A DNA stretch of 64,000 nucleotides. It comes from a bacterium (lineage in GTDB: Bacteria; Zhuqueibacterota; Zhuqueibacteria; Residuimicrobiales; Krinioviventaceae). Below the pieces are notes generated by a model, which was given only the letters and a program-made list of their open reading frames with translations, was not told where the DNA came from and made no database searches. The translations under genes and the position numbers were made by a program. This document shows positions 44,461 to 54,251 of the stretch, in pieces; position 1 is the first letter of the stretch; the number at the start of each line of letters is the position of its first letter. The stretch covers positions 317,219-381,218 of the forward strand of contig CAXXFV010000006.1 in the NCBI GenBank assembly GCA_963674595.2. The letters are read 5' to 3'.

Positions 44461-45837
44461 ATGGCAGGAAAAATTTGGAGCGGACGGTTTCGTCAATCAA
44501 CTGATAAATTAATGGAAGTATTTAGCACCTCCATTAATTTTGATCAAAAACTATTTTATGCCGATATTAAAGTCAACAAGGCCTGGGCACAGGCCCTTGT
44601 TGATGTTAATGTATATTCTCAGCAAGAAGCTGATCTCGTTTGTAAAACTTTGGATGAAATTGAAAAGGATTTTTCCGATGGTAAGCTGGAATTTTCGTCA
44701 TCGGACGAGGATATTCATTCGGCAAATGAACGATGGCTTACGGAAAGACTGGGCGATATTGGTGCCCGAATTCATACCGGGCGCAGTCGAAATGATCAGG
44801 TTGTCACGGATTTCCGTATTTATATTCGTGAAGAACTGACTGAAATCAAATCCGCTGTTACGAATATTCAACAAAACCTTGTAAATCTTGGCGAAAAACA
44901 TGTAGAAACAATTTTTCCGGGACAAACTCATTTGCGTCAGGCCCAGCCTGTTTCTCTGGCCCATTACCTTTTATCGATATTTTTCCAGCTTGAAAGAGAT
45001 AAAGCGCGGTGTAAAGAAGCATTGAAGAGAATTAATCAAATGCCTTTGGGCTCCGGTGCCATTGCCGGCGCCGCTTTTGATATTCAACGAGATAAACTGG
45101 CAGTAACACTCGGATTTGATAAAATTTTAGAAAACAGCTATGACGCAACATCGGACAGAGATTTTGTAACAGAAACACTCTATATTTGTTCTTCGATTTT
45201 GCTGCATTTAAGCCGCATTTCCGAAGATTTTATCATCTGGTCATCTGAACCGTTCCGCTGGATTGAGATCGATGAATTATATGCAACCGGCAGCAGTATG
45301 ATGCCGCAAAAGAAAAATCCTGATTCGTTGGAGCTTTTACGCGGCAAAGCAGCCCGGATGATCGGTAACCAGGTTACGATTCTTTCTTTAATGAAGGGCG
45401 TTCCGACAGCCTATGTTCGTGATTTGCAGGAAGATAAAGAACCTGTTTTTGATTCTTTGGAACAGACTGAACTTTGTTTAAAAATATTTAACGGCGTTAT
45501 CGAAACACTGAAAATTAAAAAAGAAAAAATGTTACAATCCCTGGACCCGGCACTCTATGCAACGGACATGGCGGATTATCTGGTCCGCAAGTGTGTTCCG
45601 TTTCGAAAAGCCCACAGCATTGTCGGTGAAATTGTTGCCGTTGCAGAACATGCTGATATTCCTTTAAATAAACTGACGTTATCACAAATTCAAAAAGTGT
45701 CTCCACTATTTGAATCGGATGTTTTTGATTTATTTCAGCCGTTAGCTTCAATTCAAAAACGAAATATTAAAGGCGGCACAGGTCCAGTTTCCATAAAAAA
45801 TCAACTGGATAATGCTAAAACACTTTTAAAAGCTTAA
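44461..45837 (+). CDS. argH: Argininosuccinate lyase
   Basis: WSGRF, HTGRSRNDQ and GSSMMPQKKNPD. Confidence 0.96.
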   Translation: MAGKIWSGRFRQSTDKLMEVFSTSINFDQKLFYADIKVNKAWAQALVDVNVYSQQEADLVCKTLDEIEKDFSDGKLEFSSSDEDIHSANERWLTERLGDIGARIHTGRSRNDQVVTDFRIYIREELTEIKSAVTNIQQNLVNLGEKHVETIFPGQTHLRQAQPVSLAHYLLSIFFQLERDKARCKEALKRINQMPLGSGAIAGAAFDIQRDKLAVTLGFDKILENSYDATSDRDFVTETLYICSSILLHLSRISEDFIIWSSEPFRWIEIDELYATGSSMMPQKKNPDSLELLRGKAARMIGNQVTILSLMKGVPTAYVRDLQEDKEPVFDSLEQTELCLKIFNGVIETLKIKKEKMLQSLDPALYATDMADYLVRKCVPFRKAHSIVGEIVAVAEHADIPLNKLTLSQIQKVSPLFESDVFDLFQPLASIQKRNIKGGTGPVSIKNQLDNAKTLLKA

Positions 45838-45856
45838 CATCAACCTTGGTAATGTT

Positions 45857-46174
45857 ATGAAATTTAAATTAAAATGGCTCAAAGAACTTGCTCTGGATAT
45901 TATAATAACAATTATAATTGTTATTGGTTCGGTTTATAACCTCCAGGCAATTCGTATCTTTTTATTTATATATACCCCGCTTATTTTAATTGCTAAAATT
46001 CTTGCCCTGACAACAGCAGACAAGAAAAAGAGATTTAAAAACATTGCCCCAACATGGATATATCATACACTTTATGCTCTAAATATTGTATTTTTGATTT
46101 TATGTCATTGGTGGATATTAACTGTTGGCTGGGCCTTGGTATGGCTTTTATCCTATTTATATATTCGAAAATAA
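45857..46174 (+). CDS. Small hypothetical membrane protein
   Basis: 105 aa with 3-4 hydrophobic segments, co-oriented between argH and the YifB gene. Confidence 0.65.
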   Translation: MKFKLKWLKELALDIIITIIIVIGSVYNLQAIRIFLFIYTPLILIAKILALTTADKKKRFKNIAPTWIYHTLYALNIVFLILCHWWILTVGWALVWLLSYLYIRK

Positions 46175-46217
46175 TATATCATTAAATAATTTATATAATG
46201 CTTAAAAAGGGGGCCGA

Positions 46218-47753
46218 ATGCTGGCTAAAATTTTAAGCGCTGCTGTACTGGGAATTGATGCATATCTCGTCAAAGTTGAAGCACACATAGAAGGAAATTT
46301 ACCATATTTTGCAACGGTCGGTTTACCGGATGGTGCTGTTAAAGAATCCAAGGAACGGGTTCAGGCAGCTATAAAAAATTCGGGATTCCGTTTTCCGATC
46401 AAGCGTATCATAATCAATTTGGCCCCTGCGGATATAAGAAAAGAGGGCGCTGCTTTTGATCTTCCGATTGCCATTGGTATTTTAAGTGCAACCGGGATTG
46501 TGAAAAATGATAAACTGAAAAACTATGTTATTTTAGGAGAACTGGGACTTGACGGTAAATTAAGGCCGGTGCACGGGGTTTTATCCATTGCTACACAAAT
46601 TGTACAACAAAATCTGGAAGGTATAATTTTACCCAAAGAAAATGCCAATGAAGCGGCCATGGCACGTAATTTAAAAATAATTCCGGTTTCTTCTTTAGCT
46701 GAAGCTGTCGGATTTCTTAATGGGGAGCCTGTTCAAAATTATTCCAATATCAATATTAACGCCCAGTTTTCACAACGTAAAAACTATCATGTTGACTTTC
46801 AGGATGTTAAGGGGCAAACACTTGTTAAAAGAGCATTGGAAGTCGCTGCCGCAGGAGGACATAATATCATAATGATTGGTCCGCCGGGCTCCGGCAAAAC
46901 CATGCTTGCCAAAAGAATTCCAACCATTTTACCGGACATGTCATTAGACGAATCTATCGAAACAACCAAAATACATTCGGTTGCCGGTTTATTATCAGCC
47001 AAACAAGCCTGGATTGCAACAAGGCCATTCCGTTCACCACATCACACCATCAGCGATGCCGGTTTAATCGGCGGGGGAACCATTCCCAAACCCGGTGAAG
47101 TCAGTCTGGCGCATAACGGAGTGCTTTTTTTGGATGAGCTTCCGGAATTTAAAAAAAATGTACTGGAAGTTATGAGACAACCTTTGGAGGATGGCAATGT
47201 TACTATCTCAAGGGCAACTTTATCTTTAACCTATCCGGCTGTTTTTATGCTGGCTGCAGCCATGAATCCATGCCCATGCGGCTATTATACTGATCCTACT
47301 AAAAATTGCACATGTGCGGCTCCGCAAATTCAAAGATATATGTCCAGAATATCCGGGCCTTTGCTGGATCGAATTGATATACATGTTGAAGTGCCGGCCG
47401 TAAAATATAAAGAATTATCAAGTATGCAGCTTAGCGAAAGTTCTCAACAGATACGCAGCCGGGTAGAAACAACACGTCGCAGACAAATACACCGGTTCAA
47501 AAATATTTCAGGACTCTATTGTAATTCCAGGATGGGTGCAAAAGAGATTCGCGCATTTTGTGCGCTGGATAATCAGGGACAAGAGTTGTTAAAAACAGCT
47601 ATCACAAAACTGGGATTGTCGGCCCGAGCCTATGATAGAATTTTAAAGGTTTCACGTACAATAGCTGATTTGGCCGGGGCGGATAATATTAAAGCCGAAC
47701 ATGTCAGTGAAGCAATTCAATACAGAAGTTTGGATCGGGTAGGGGATTATTAA
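46218..47753 (+). CDS. comM: YifB/ComM-family Mg-chelatase-like AAA+ ATPase
   Basis: [40 protein letters not shown] and NPCPCG. Confidence 0.92.
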   Translation: MLAKILSAAVLGIDAYLVKVEAHIEGNLPYFATVGLPDGAVKESKERVQAAIKNSGFRFPIKRIIINLAPADIRKEGAAFDLPIAIGILSATGIVKNDKLKNYVILGELGLDGKLRPVHGVLSIATQIVQQNLEGIILPKENANEAAMARNLKIIPVSSLAEAVGFLNGEPVQNYSNININAQFSQRKNYHVDFQDVKGQTLVKRALEVAAAGGHNIIMIGPPGSGKTMLAKRIPTILPDMSLDESIETTKIHSVAGLLSAKQAWIATRPFRSPHHTISDAGLIGGGTIPKPGEVSLAHNGVLFLDELPEFKKNVLEVMRQPLEDGNVTISRATLSLTYPAVFMLAAAMNPCPCGYYTDPTKNCTCAAPQIQRYMSRISGPLLDRIDIHVEVPAVKYKELSSMQLSESSQQIRSRVETTRRRQIHRFKNISGLYCNSRMGAKEIRAFCALDNQGQELLKTAITKLGLSARAYDRILKVSRTIADLAGADNIKAEHVSEAIQYRSLDRVGDY

Positions 47754-47794
47754 AAAGAAAAGTAAACAACCAGATGCATTTGAGTATAATAAAA

Positions 47795-47976
47795 ATCCCT
47801 GCAAGGATACAGTGCAAATGAGAACCGAGCTTGACACGGTGGGCACCGCCTGAACATTTTTTACTTCCACTGCACTTTTCGTTAGAAAAGAGGAGGCCTG
47901 TAATACATACTCAGAGCCAAGTTCCCAACTTAGAGGTGTTGGTTCATATATGCTATCTGACACCCAGCAGGGGTTT
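47795..47976 (-). ncRNA. ssrS: 6S RNA
   Basis: About 180-nt GC-richer rod with complementary ends (CCCTGC...GCAGGG), TGAACC pairing with GGTTC, and GTTGGGA and CCCACC segments like those of known 6S RNAs. A TTGACA lies upstream at 48019-48024. Confidence 0.8.
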
Positions 47977-48222
47977 TATTTTAATCTCTAATGGTAATTT
48001 GTTAAAATATGATTAAAATGTCAAGTAAAATATTCCTCCTCTTACTATTATACCGATAGCTATAATTCAACTTATTAAAAAATAGTACGTTATTTATATT
48101 ATAATCGATGTTTCTTAATTATTGAAAAATTAAATGGTTGAGTAAAGATAAAATAAATTTAAAATTTTAAGCAATATGCGGTATATGATAGCAGCTTGTT
48201 AACAAATGTTAATTACTAAAAC

Positions 48223-49619
48223 TGTAATGATTCAAGGTAAACTTGAGAAAAGGCATATTTGAAATAAGTTAGTTTTAAGCTGCCTTTATAATTTTATTGT
48301 TTTCCTGCCTTCTTTGGCGGGCTTGTTCAAGTTTCATATCACGTTCTTTGAAAATACTATCAGCTTTTCCGGATAATTTGTCAGACGGAGTAATAAATCC
48401 AATAGCACTATGTAACCTGCTATAGTTGTATTGATGGATATACGCTACGACTTTATTTCTGGCATCCTCCAGGTTGATCATACTTTGAATTCGGGTGCAT
48501 TCATTTTTAATAATTTTATGAAAAGCTTCAATTTTACCATTCGACTGTGGATGATTGATCGAAGTTCGAACGTGTGTTAAATTATTTAACCTTAAAAAAG
48601 ATTTAAAGTCATTGGCAATAAACTGTGAACCATTATCGGAAATAATTCGAGGTTTTTCATTTGGATATTTTTCCAAAGCTCTTTGCAGTACAATCTCGAC
48701 ATCATATTCCTGCATATGAGTTCTTAATTCATGGTGAACAATAAATCTCGAAAATCCGTCCAGTACAGAAATCAAAAAGAGATGCGAACCATGAAAGGCA
48801 ATATAGGAAATATCTATATGCCAATGCTGATGCGGTTTTTTGGGTTGAATAAAGCCTTTCCTTTTTGATTGTAACGTACTGTTATTCCATTGACTTGTAA
48901 GTCCGGCGTTCCGCAGGATACGATAGGTCGTTGACGGGCTCACAGCAACGACATTTTCATCAAGCATCATATAGGTCAGTCGTTTATAGCCGATTTGCAT
49001 ATGTTCTTTTTTGTATTTTATGATACGTTGACACTCCCACGGTTCCAGCCAAAAGCTGCGAGGTGTGTCGCTGTTATGTTGATTTGGTTGACCAAAACGT
49101 TTTTGCCAGTCATAGTACCGGGTCCAGGACAAACCAATGGTCTTGAGTAATAAACTCAAAGGAACACCGGTCTTTGCCGTTAACGTTTGCAGAGAAGACA
49201 AAACATCATCTCTAACATCAGGAGCAACCCATGTCTTTTTCAGGTTGCCCCAAAATACTTTTTTCGCAAATCAACGACCTCTGTGGAGAGTTCGGTGATG
49301 ACTTCCTGCATTTTGCTGACTTTACTTTCAAGACGTTCTTCTTTGACAGATTTTCCTTTACGCTTTTTATGTTTGCCGGAAAAACCGTCAAGCGCATTTT
49401 CAAAGAGCTCTTTTTTCCATCTGTGTATAACTACAGGATGAATATTATATTGTTTAGCTAATTCGGATATGCTGATCTTATTTTCTAAATGTTCTCTTAA
49501 AATTTGGACTTTTTCTTCAGCAGTAAAGCGTCTTCGTTTGCTCATTGGGCCTCCATTTTTCATCATAGACTAATTTAATATTTTTGGCCCTTTTCTCAAG
49601 TTCAAAGATAAGTATTACA
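48223..49619 (-). mobile_element. Complete IS3-family insertion sequence (1397 bp)
   Basis: TG...CA ends, imperfect terminal IRs TGTAAT-N10-RAACTTGAGAAAAGG, a 4-bp target duplication AAAC (48219-48222 and 49620-49623) and orfA/orfB. Confidence 0.92.
48275..49545 (-). CDS. IS3-family transposase OrfAB (orfA 49240..49545; orfB reached by -1 frameshift at A-AAA-AAG, 49258-49264)
   Basis: OrfA HTH (RRRFTAEEK) and OrfB DDE (WHIDISY, SDNGSQF, NGKIE). The -1 frame reads KKVFWGNLKKTWVAPDVRDD straight into orfB. Confidence 0.9.
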
Positions 49620-49770
49620 AAACTTTTCATTATCTTTCTTAAATATAATAAATAAAATTTCACAATTCTTAAAAATAAGAAAAATTTTAATTTCCCCAAA
49701 TTTTTACCTGAATTAATACCCCTAACTTAAAAATTATCAATACATTTTTTATTTCATTGGAATTTTTCCC

Positions 49771-49785
49771 TGGCATAAATTTTGT
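49771..49785 (+). promoter_or_regulatory. Possible sigma54 promoter of the hydrogenase operon
   Basis: CTGGCAT-AAATT-TTGT: the -24 box is good, but the -12 box has GT instead of GC. About 90 bp before the start at 49876. Confidence 0.4.
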
Positions 49786-49875
49786 GATTGTTATTATAAA
49801 GCATGACCAACCTTTGTTTAATTTTAAATGAATATGAGTGTATGGATTTAAACCCGTAACAAAGGAGCGGCTCAG

Positions 49876-51831
49876 GTGAAAACAATTTCGACCTGTTCTT
49901 TTTGCGGATGCGGTTGTGGAATTATAATTGAATCAGAAAATGATCATGTCATTTCTGTCTCTCCTCAAAAAAATCATCCGGTAAGTCGTGGAACTCTGTG
50001 TATTAAAGGCTGGAATGGACACCAGATTGTGCACCATCCGGATCGGTTAACTACACCCTTGATAAAAGATAAAGATGGATTTAAAAAAGCAAGTTGGGAC
50101 ACTGCTTTTGATTTCATTCTAAATTCCATTCAGGACATTCAAAAAAACAATGGTTCTGATTCTGTAGGTGTTATTGGTTCTCTTCATTGTACAAATGAAG
50201 AGCTATATCTGCTGAACAAGTTGACCAGAACTATTTTAAAAACAAACAATATTGATACGGCAGCCCGTTTATATATGGCCCCTATGTATAATTGTTTTAA
50301 AAATGCCTATAATTGGGCCGGAGCTACGACAGATATTACTGATATAGAACAAACAGATGCTGTTTTAGTTATTGGTGCAAATCCCAAGGTACAGAATGCC
50401 AATGTCGGCTCTTATATACTTCAGGCAGCAAAAAGCGGAAAACGAACAATATTAATTGATTCTCATGAACAGGAATTAAGCCGTTTTTTCACTGTTTATT
50501 TACAGAGTAAACCCAGCTATGAACTTTATATTTTAAACACTCTCATTCACATCATACTAGAAAAAGATCTATATGATCCCTATTGCGAACAGATAAAAAC
50601 CTTACAGCCTCTGGTTGCGGAATTTACACCAGAATTATGTACTGAAAAAACAGGTGTTCCGACAGAAATGTTGTATCGCACGGCTGAATTATTTGCTACG
50701 GCTCCCCGTGCAACTATTTTGTTTGGAACCGGCATCACGCAACAAGCCAAATCTGTTGCGCTTATAAACGCTATTATAAATCTGGCCATTATTACGGGCA
50801 ATATTAATAAAAAAGGCGCCGGTATTTTGCCGTTGCACTATGCAAATAATCTGCAAGGTGCAATCGATATGGGTGCCGCTTCTGATTTATTACCGGGCCA
50901 TCATTCATTTTCAAGTGAAGGTATTGGAAATAATGGATGGCAAAATCTACCTGCCAAAACCGGATTGTCCTTTCAGGAAATGATTGATTCCTGTGGTGAA
51001 AAGATAAAAGCACTTTATGTGGTTGGTGAAAATTTGATGTGGAGTGCACCAAACTCAAATTCAACAGGGGACAAGCTGGATAAACTTGATTTTCTAATTG
51101 TTCAGGATATGTTTTTAAATGAAACGGCCCAAAAAGCAGATGTAGTTTTACCTGCATGCAGTTATACTGAAAAGGAAGGAACCGTAACAAATTTAGAATG
51201 TCGCGTTCAAAAAATTCGCAAGGCAATTCAACCAATCGGTGACAGCCTTTCAGATTTGGATATTATTTCAAAATTTATACAGACATTTACAAAACAAGCA
51301 CAGGAAAATAAACCGGAAAACATTTACAAGGAAATTCAGCAGTATGTGCCTTTTTATCAGGCCGGATATAAAGAACTTGATCCTCCGGGTGGTTTTCTGG
51401 TGCAGGAACGAATCAAGCCGGATGATATCAAGTTGATACCACAGATTCATTCCGAAGAAATGGAAGAACAAGTTGATGAAGAATATCCATTTATATGTGT
51501 TGTTGCAAGAAAATCCTTTCATCGTATTACCGGAACACAGAATATCAGGTCCTTTACTCTGAAGAAAGAGTATGCATCCGGGACTGTAGAAATTAATACC
51601 AATGATGCAAGAGACCTGAAACTACGAAGCGGTTGGAAGATAAAAGTCGTTACCCGTCGCGGAGAAATTATCAGAACAGTTAATGTAACTCATGCAGTCA
51701 AACCGGGAACGATAAACGTGTCCATTCATAATATTGACGGATTGACGCAATCACTTGTTCGCAGTGATTTGGAAAAAGATGCTAAAACACCGATCATGAA
51801 AATTTGTGCTGCCAAATTGGAGAATATTTAA
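49876..51831 (+). CDS. FdhF-like molybdopterin oxidoreductase-family protein lacking catalytic residues
   Basis: N-terminal CSFCGCGC...C 4Fe-4S, NNID..ARL, GITQQ, ADVVLPA and EKEGT. Has RL-Y-M instead of RL-[CU]-H and PL-H-Y instead of PL-R-G. Confidence 0.88.
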   Translation: MKTISTCSFCGCGCGIIIESENDHVISVSPQKNHPVSRGTLCIKGWNGHQIVHHPDRLTTPLIKDKDGFKKASWDTAFDFILNSIQDIQKNNGSDSVGVIGSLHCTNEELYLLNKLTRTILKTNNIDTAARLYMAPMYNCFKNAYNWAGATTDITDIEQTDAVLVIGANPKVQNANVGSYILQAAKSGKRTILIDSHEQELSRFFTVYLQSKPSYELYILNTLIHIILEKDLYDPYCEQIKTLQPLVAEFTPELCTEKTGVPTEMLYRTAELFATAPRATILFGTGITQQAKSVALINAIINLAIITGNINKKGAGILPLHYANNLQGAIDMGAASDLLPGHHSFSSEGIGNNGWQNLPAKTGLSFQEMIDSCGEKIKALYVVGENLMWSAPNSNSTGDKLDKLDFLIVQDMFLNETAQKADVVLPACSYTEKEGTVTNLECRVQKIRKAIQPIGDSLSDLDIISKFIQTFTKQAQENKPENIYKEIQQYVPFYQAGYKELDPPGGFLVQERIKPDDIKLIPQIHSEEMEEQVDEEYPFICVVARKSFHRITGTQNIRSFTLKKEYASGTVEINTNDARDLKLRSGWKIKVVTRRGEIIRTVNVTHAVKPGTINVSIHNIDGLTQSLVRSDLEKDAKTPIMKICAAKLENI

Positions 51832-52934
51832 TGACAATTGGTCAAAAAATAATCCTGTCAAAAGATCAATTATCTCAGTTATTGTCAAAAATACATAAAG
51901 ATAAAAAGCTGATCGGTCCGGTCCGTATGCCGGACGGTGATGTAACGTTTGAAACCATCAAAGATGTCAACGACATTATCTTTGATTATGTAAACGATTA
52001 TGAACCGCTTAAACGTTTTTGGTTTCCGGCTAAGGAGAAACTGTTAGAGTTTGATTTAAATAATAATAAAGAAATTAAAACACCACCGTTGCAAGAACCA
52101 GCCGTGATTTTTGGTATTCGTTCCTGTGACCTGCAAGGATTATTGCATTTTGACCATTTCTTTTCAGGAGCATTCAAGGATAATTATTATTGGGATAAAC
52201 GTGATGCTATTACCGTCATCAGTATGGCCTGTAATACACCGATGGATACCTGCTTTTGTATTTGCTGTGATGGCGGCCCAAGTCTTGAAAAAGGTTTTGA
52301 TTTGCAATTAACGGATTTGGGTGATAATTATCTTGTTGATATCGGCAGTCAAAAGGGGATTGATGTATTAAACCTTTTATCAGCAACTTTTCAATATGCT
52401 GACGAGCAAGAAGAACAAAAACGCCAGCAGTTGATGCAGGCTTGTGATGAAAAAATGGTTAAAACCGCCTATCTGGCAAAGGCAATCATTCAAATAACAA
52501 ATAATCGCATTAACGAAGATTTGCTGGATGAAATGGGAGCCGAATGTTTTAGCTGCGGCGGCTGTACGCATGTATGTCCGATGTGTTCCTGTTTTGATGT
52601 AAACGATGTTATGTGTAGTGAAACCCATGGCGAGCGTTTTCGCTGTTGGGATTCCTGCCAATATTCAGGGTTTACACGGGAAGCTTCAGGACATAATCCC
52701 AGAAACAAAGCCAAAGATCGAATTAAACGCAGATTTTATCATAAATTGAGCTATGCCTATTTAAAACAGGACGGACACCCCGGATGCGTCGGCTGCGGCC
52801 GATGTATAACGGTTTGTCAGGCCCTCAATTTACTTGATATTACCGCCTTTGTAAAAAGACTGCGCAGAGAAGGGCAAACAGATAAAAATCAAAATACACT
52901 GGTAGCAACTCAAGTATCCGGCAGGGAAAATTGA
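51831..52934 (+). CDS. AsrA/HydB (sulfhydrogenase beta)-like 4Fe-4S protein
   Basis: FGIRSCD, CFC, CFSCGGCTHVCPMCSC, RCWDSC and CVGCGRCITVC. TAATG translational coupling. Confidence 0.88.
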   Translation: MTIGQKIILSKDQLSQLLSKIHKDKKLIGPVRMPDGDVTFETIKDVNDIIFDYVNDYEPLKRFWFPAKEKLLEFDLNNNKEIKTPPLQEPAVIFGIRSCDLQGLLHFDHFFSGAFKDNYYWDKRDAITVISMACNTPMDTCFCICCDGGPSLEKGFDLQLTDLGDNYLVDIGSQKGIDVLNLLSATFQYADEQEEQKRQQLMQACDEKMVKTAYLAKAIIQITNNRINEDLLDEMGAECFSCGGCTHVCPMCSCFDVNDVMCSETHGERFRCWDSCQYSGFTREASGHNPRNKAKDRIKRRFYHKLSYAYLKQDGHPGCVGCGRCITVCQALNLLDITAFVKRLRREGQTDKNQNTLVATQVSGREN

Positions 52935-53758
52935 TGGAAAATGTATATTTACCACAACTTGCTGTTATTGAAAACATTGTCCCCGAGACAATTGATACAA
53001 AAACCTTTACGTTACGGTTTGTTGACGAGACATATAATTCAAATTTTAGTTACAAACCGGGACAATTTGTAGAAGCCTCCATTTTGGGTATGGGAGAGGC
53101 ACCCTTTGGATTTTGCTCAAATCCCAATAAAAAGGGTTCCTTTGCCATTACGGTCAGAGCGACCGGTAAAGTAACCAATGCCATGCATGAATTACAAGCC
53201 GGTGATACAATGGGAATACGTGCACCGTTTGGAAATTGTTTTCCAATGGATAATGTTAGAGGCAAGGATATTTTAATCATTGCCGGTGGAATTGGCTTAC
53301 CGCCATTAAAATCACTCATTGAGCCTATTTTGGATGAGCGTGACAGTTTCGGACAGTTTATTATTTTATATGGCGCCAGGACTCCTGAAGATCGTGTATA
53401 TAAACCGATTTTAGAAGAGTGGCAAGCCAGAAAAGATATTGAACTCTATCAAACCGTTGACAAAGCCACTGAAGAATGGAAAGGCCATGTCGGCGTTGTA
53501 ACCACATTATTTGATAAAATAAAAATTGATCCGGCAAAGACTTTTGCATTTACATGCGGTCCGCCGGTCATGATCCGGTTTGTTATTCAGGAGCTTTTAA
53601 CAATGGGTTTTCCTGACGATCATATTATTTCAACCCTTGAACGTTATATGAAATGCGGTATTGGAAAATGCGGTCACTGTGCCATCGGACACAAGTACAT
53701 TTGTGTTGATGGGCCGGTTTTTTCCTATAAACAAATGAAATCATTACCGGAAAAATAG
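52934..53758 (+). CDS. AsrB/HydG (sulfhydrogenase gamma)-like FAD/NAD(P)-binding 2Fe-2S protein
   Basis: PGQF, GEAP, AGGIGL, CGPP and LERYMKCGIGKCGHC...C.DGPVF. Confidence 0.9.
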   Translation: MENVYLPQLAVIENIVPETIDTKTFTLRFVDETYNSNFSYKPGQFVEASILGMGEAPFGFCSNPNKKGSFAITVRATGKVTNAMHELQAGDTMGIRAPFGNCFPMDNVRGKDILIIAGGIGLPPLKSLIEPILDERDSFGQFIILYGARTPEDRVYKPILEEWQARKDIELYQTVDKATEEWKGHVGVVTTLFDKIKIDPAKTFAFTCGPPVMIRFVIQELLTMGFPDDHIISTLERYMKCGIGKCGHCAIGHKYICVDGPVFSYKQMKSLPEK

Positions 53759-53765
53759 AATTTGT

Positions 53766-54251
53766 ATGCAGGAAAACGAATTAAAAACTTTTTTTGCCAA
53801 TAAAAAGATTGTTCTCATGGGCGTTGGAAATACACAACGAGGTGATGACAGTTTCGGGCCTGCACTGGCCACAAAATTGTTAAAACATCCTCACATCAAA
53901 AGTATTGTATGTGAAGAGTTACCGGAGAATTATACGGATGTTGTAAAAAAAGAAAAACCCGCTGTCATTATTTTTGCTGATGTTTTGGATTTTGGCGGCG
54001 AGGCGGGAGAGACGGTATTTTTAAAAGATAAATCCGCATTATCGGACAGATTTTCCTCACATCGGCCGTCGTTAAAATTGGTTATGGATTATCTCGAATA
54101 TGAAACCGGTGCTGAAACAATGATTTTGGGCGTTCAACCTTCTCAAATAGAGTATCAGGAAGAAATGAGCCCACAAATTAAACATTCGATGAATTCTATA
54201 TATGGCTTTTTAAATTCAATAGATTTTTCTGCTTATAAGGAACTCAATTAA
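53766..54251 (+). CDS. hycI: Hydrogenase maturation endopeptidase (HycI-like)
   Basis: GVGNTQRGDDSFG, PENY, D.LDFG, SSH and LGVQP. Confidence 0.85.
   Translation: MQENELKTFFANKKIVLMGVGNTQRGDDSFGPALATKLLKHPHIKSIVCEELPENYTDVVKKEKPAVIIFADVLDFGGEAGETVFLKDKSALSDRFSSHRPSLKLVMDYLEYETGAETMILGVQPSQIEYQEEMSPQIKHSMNSIYGFLNSIDFSAYKELN

Noticed and set aside
47795-47976. tRNA-Sec (selC) near the putative selenoprotein
   Set aside because: No cloverleaf, UCA anticodon arm or CCA end is recognisable. The length and motifs fit 6S RNA. ORFs 47652..47963 and 47831..48016 over it are treated as spurious.
49876-51831. Selenocysteine formate dehydrogenase / classical formate hydrogenlyase
   Set aside because: There is no TGA or Cys at the Mo-ligand position (the codon is TAT, Tyr), and the catalytic His and Arg are also absent.
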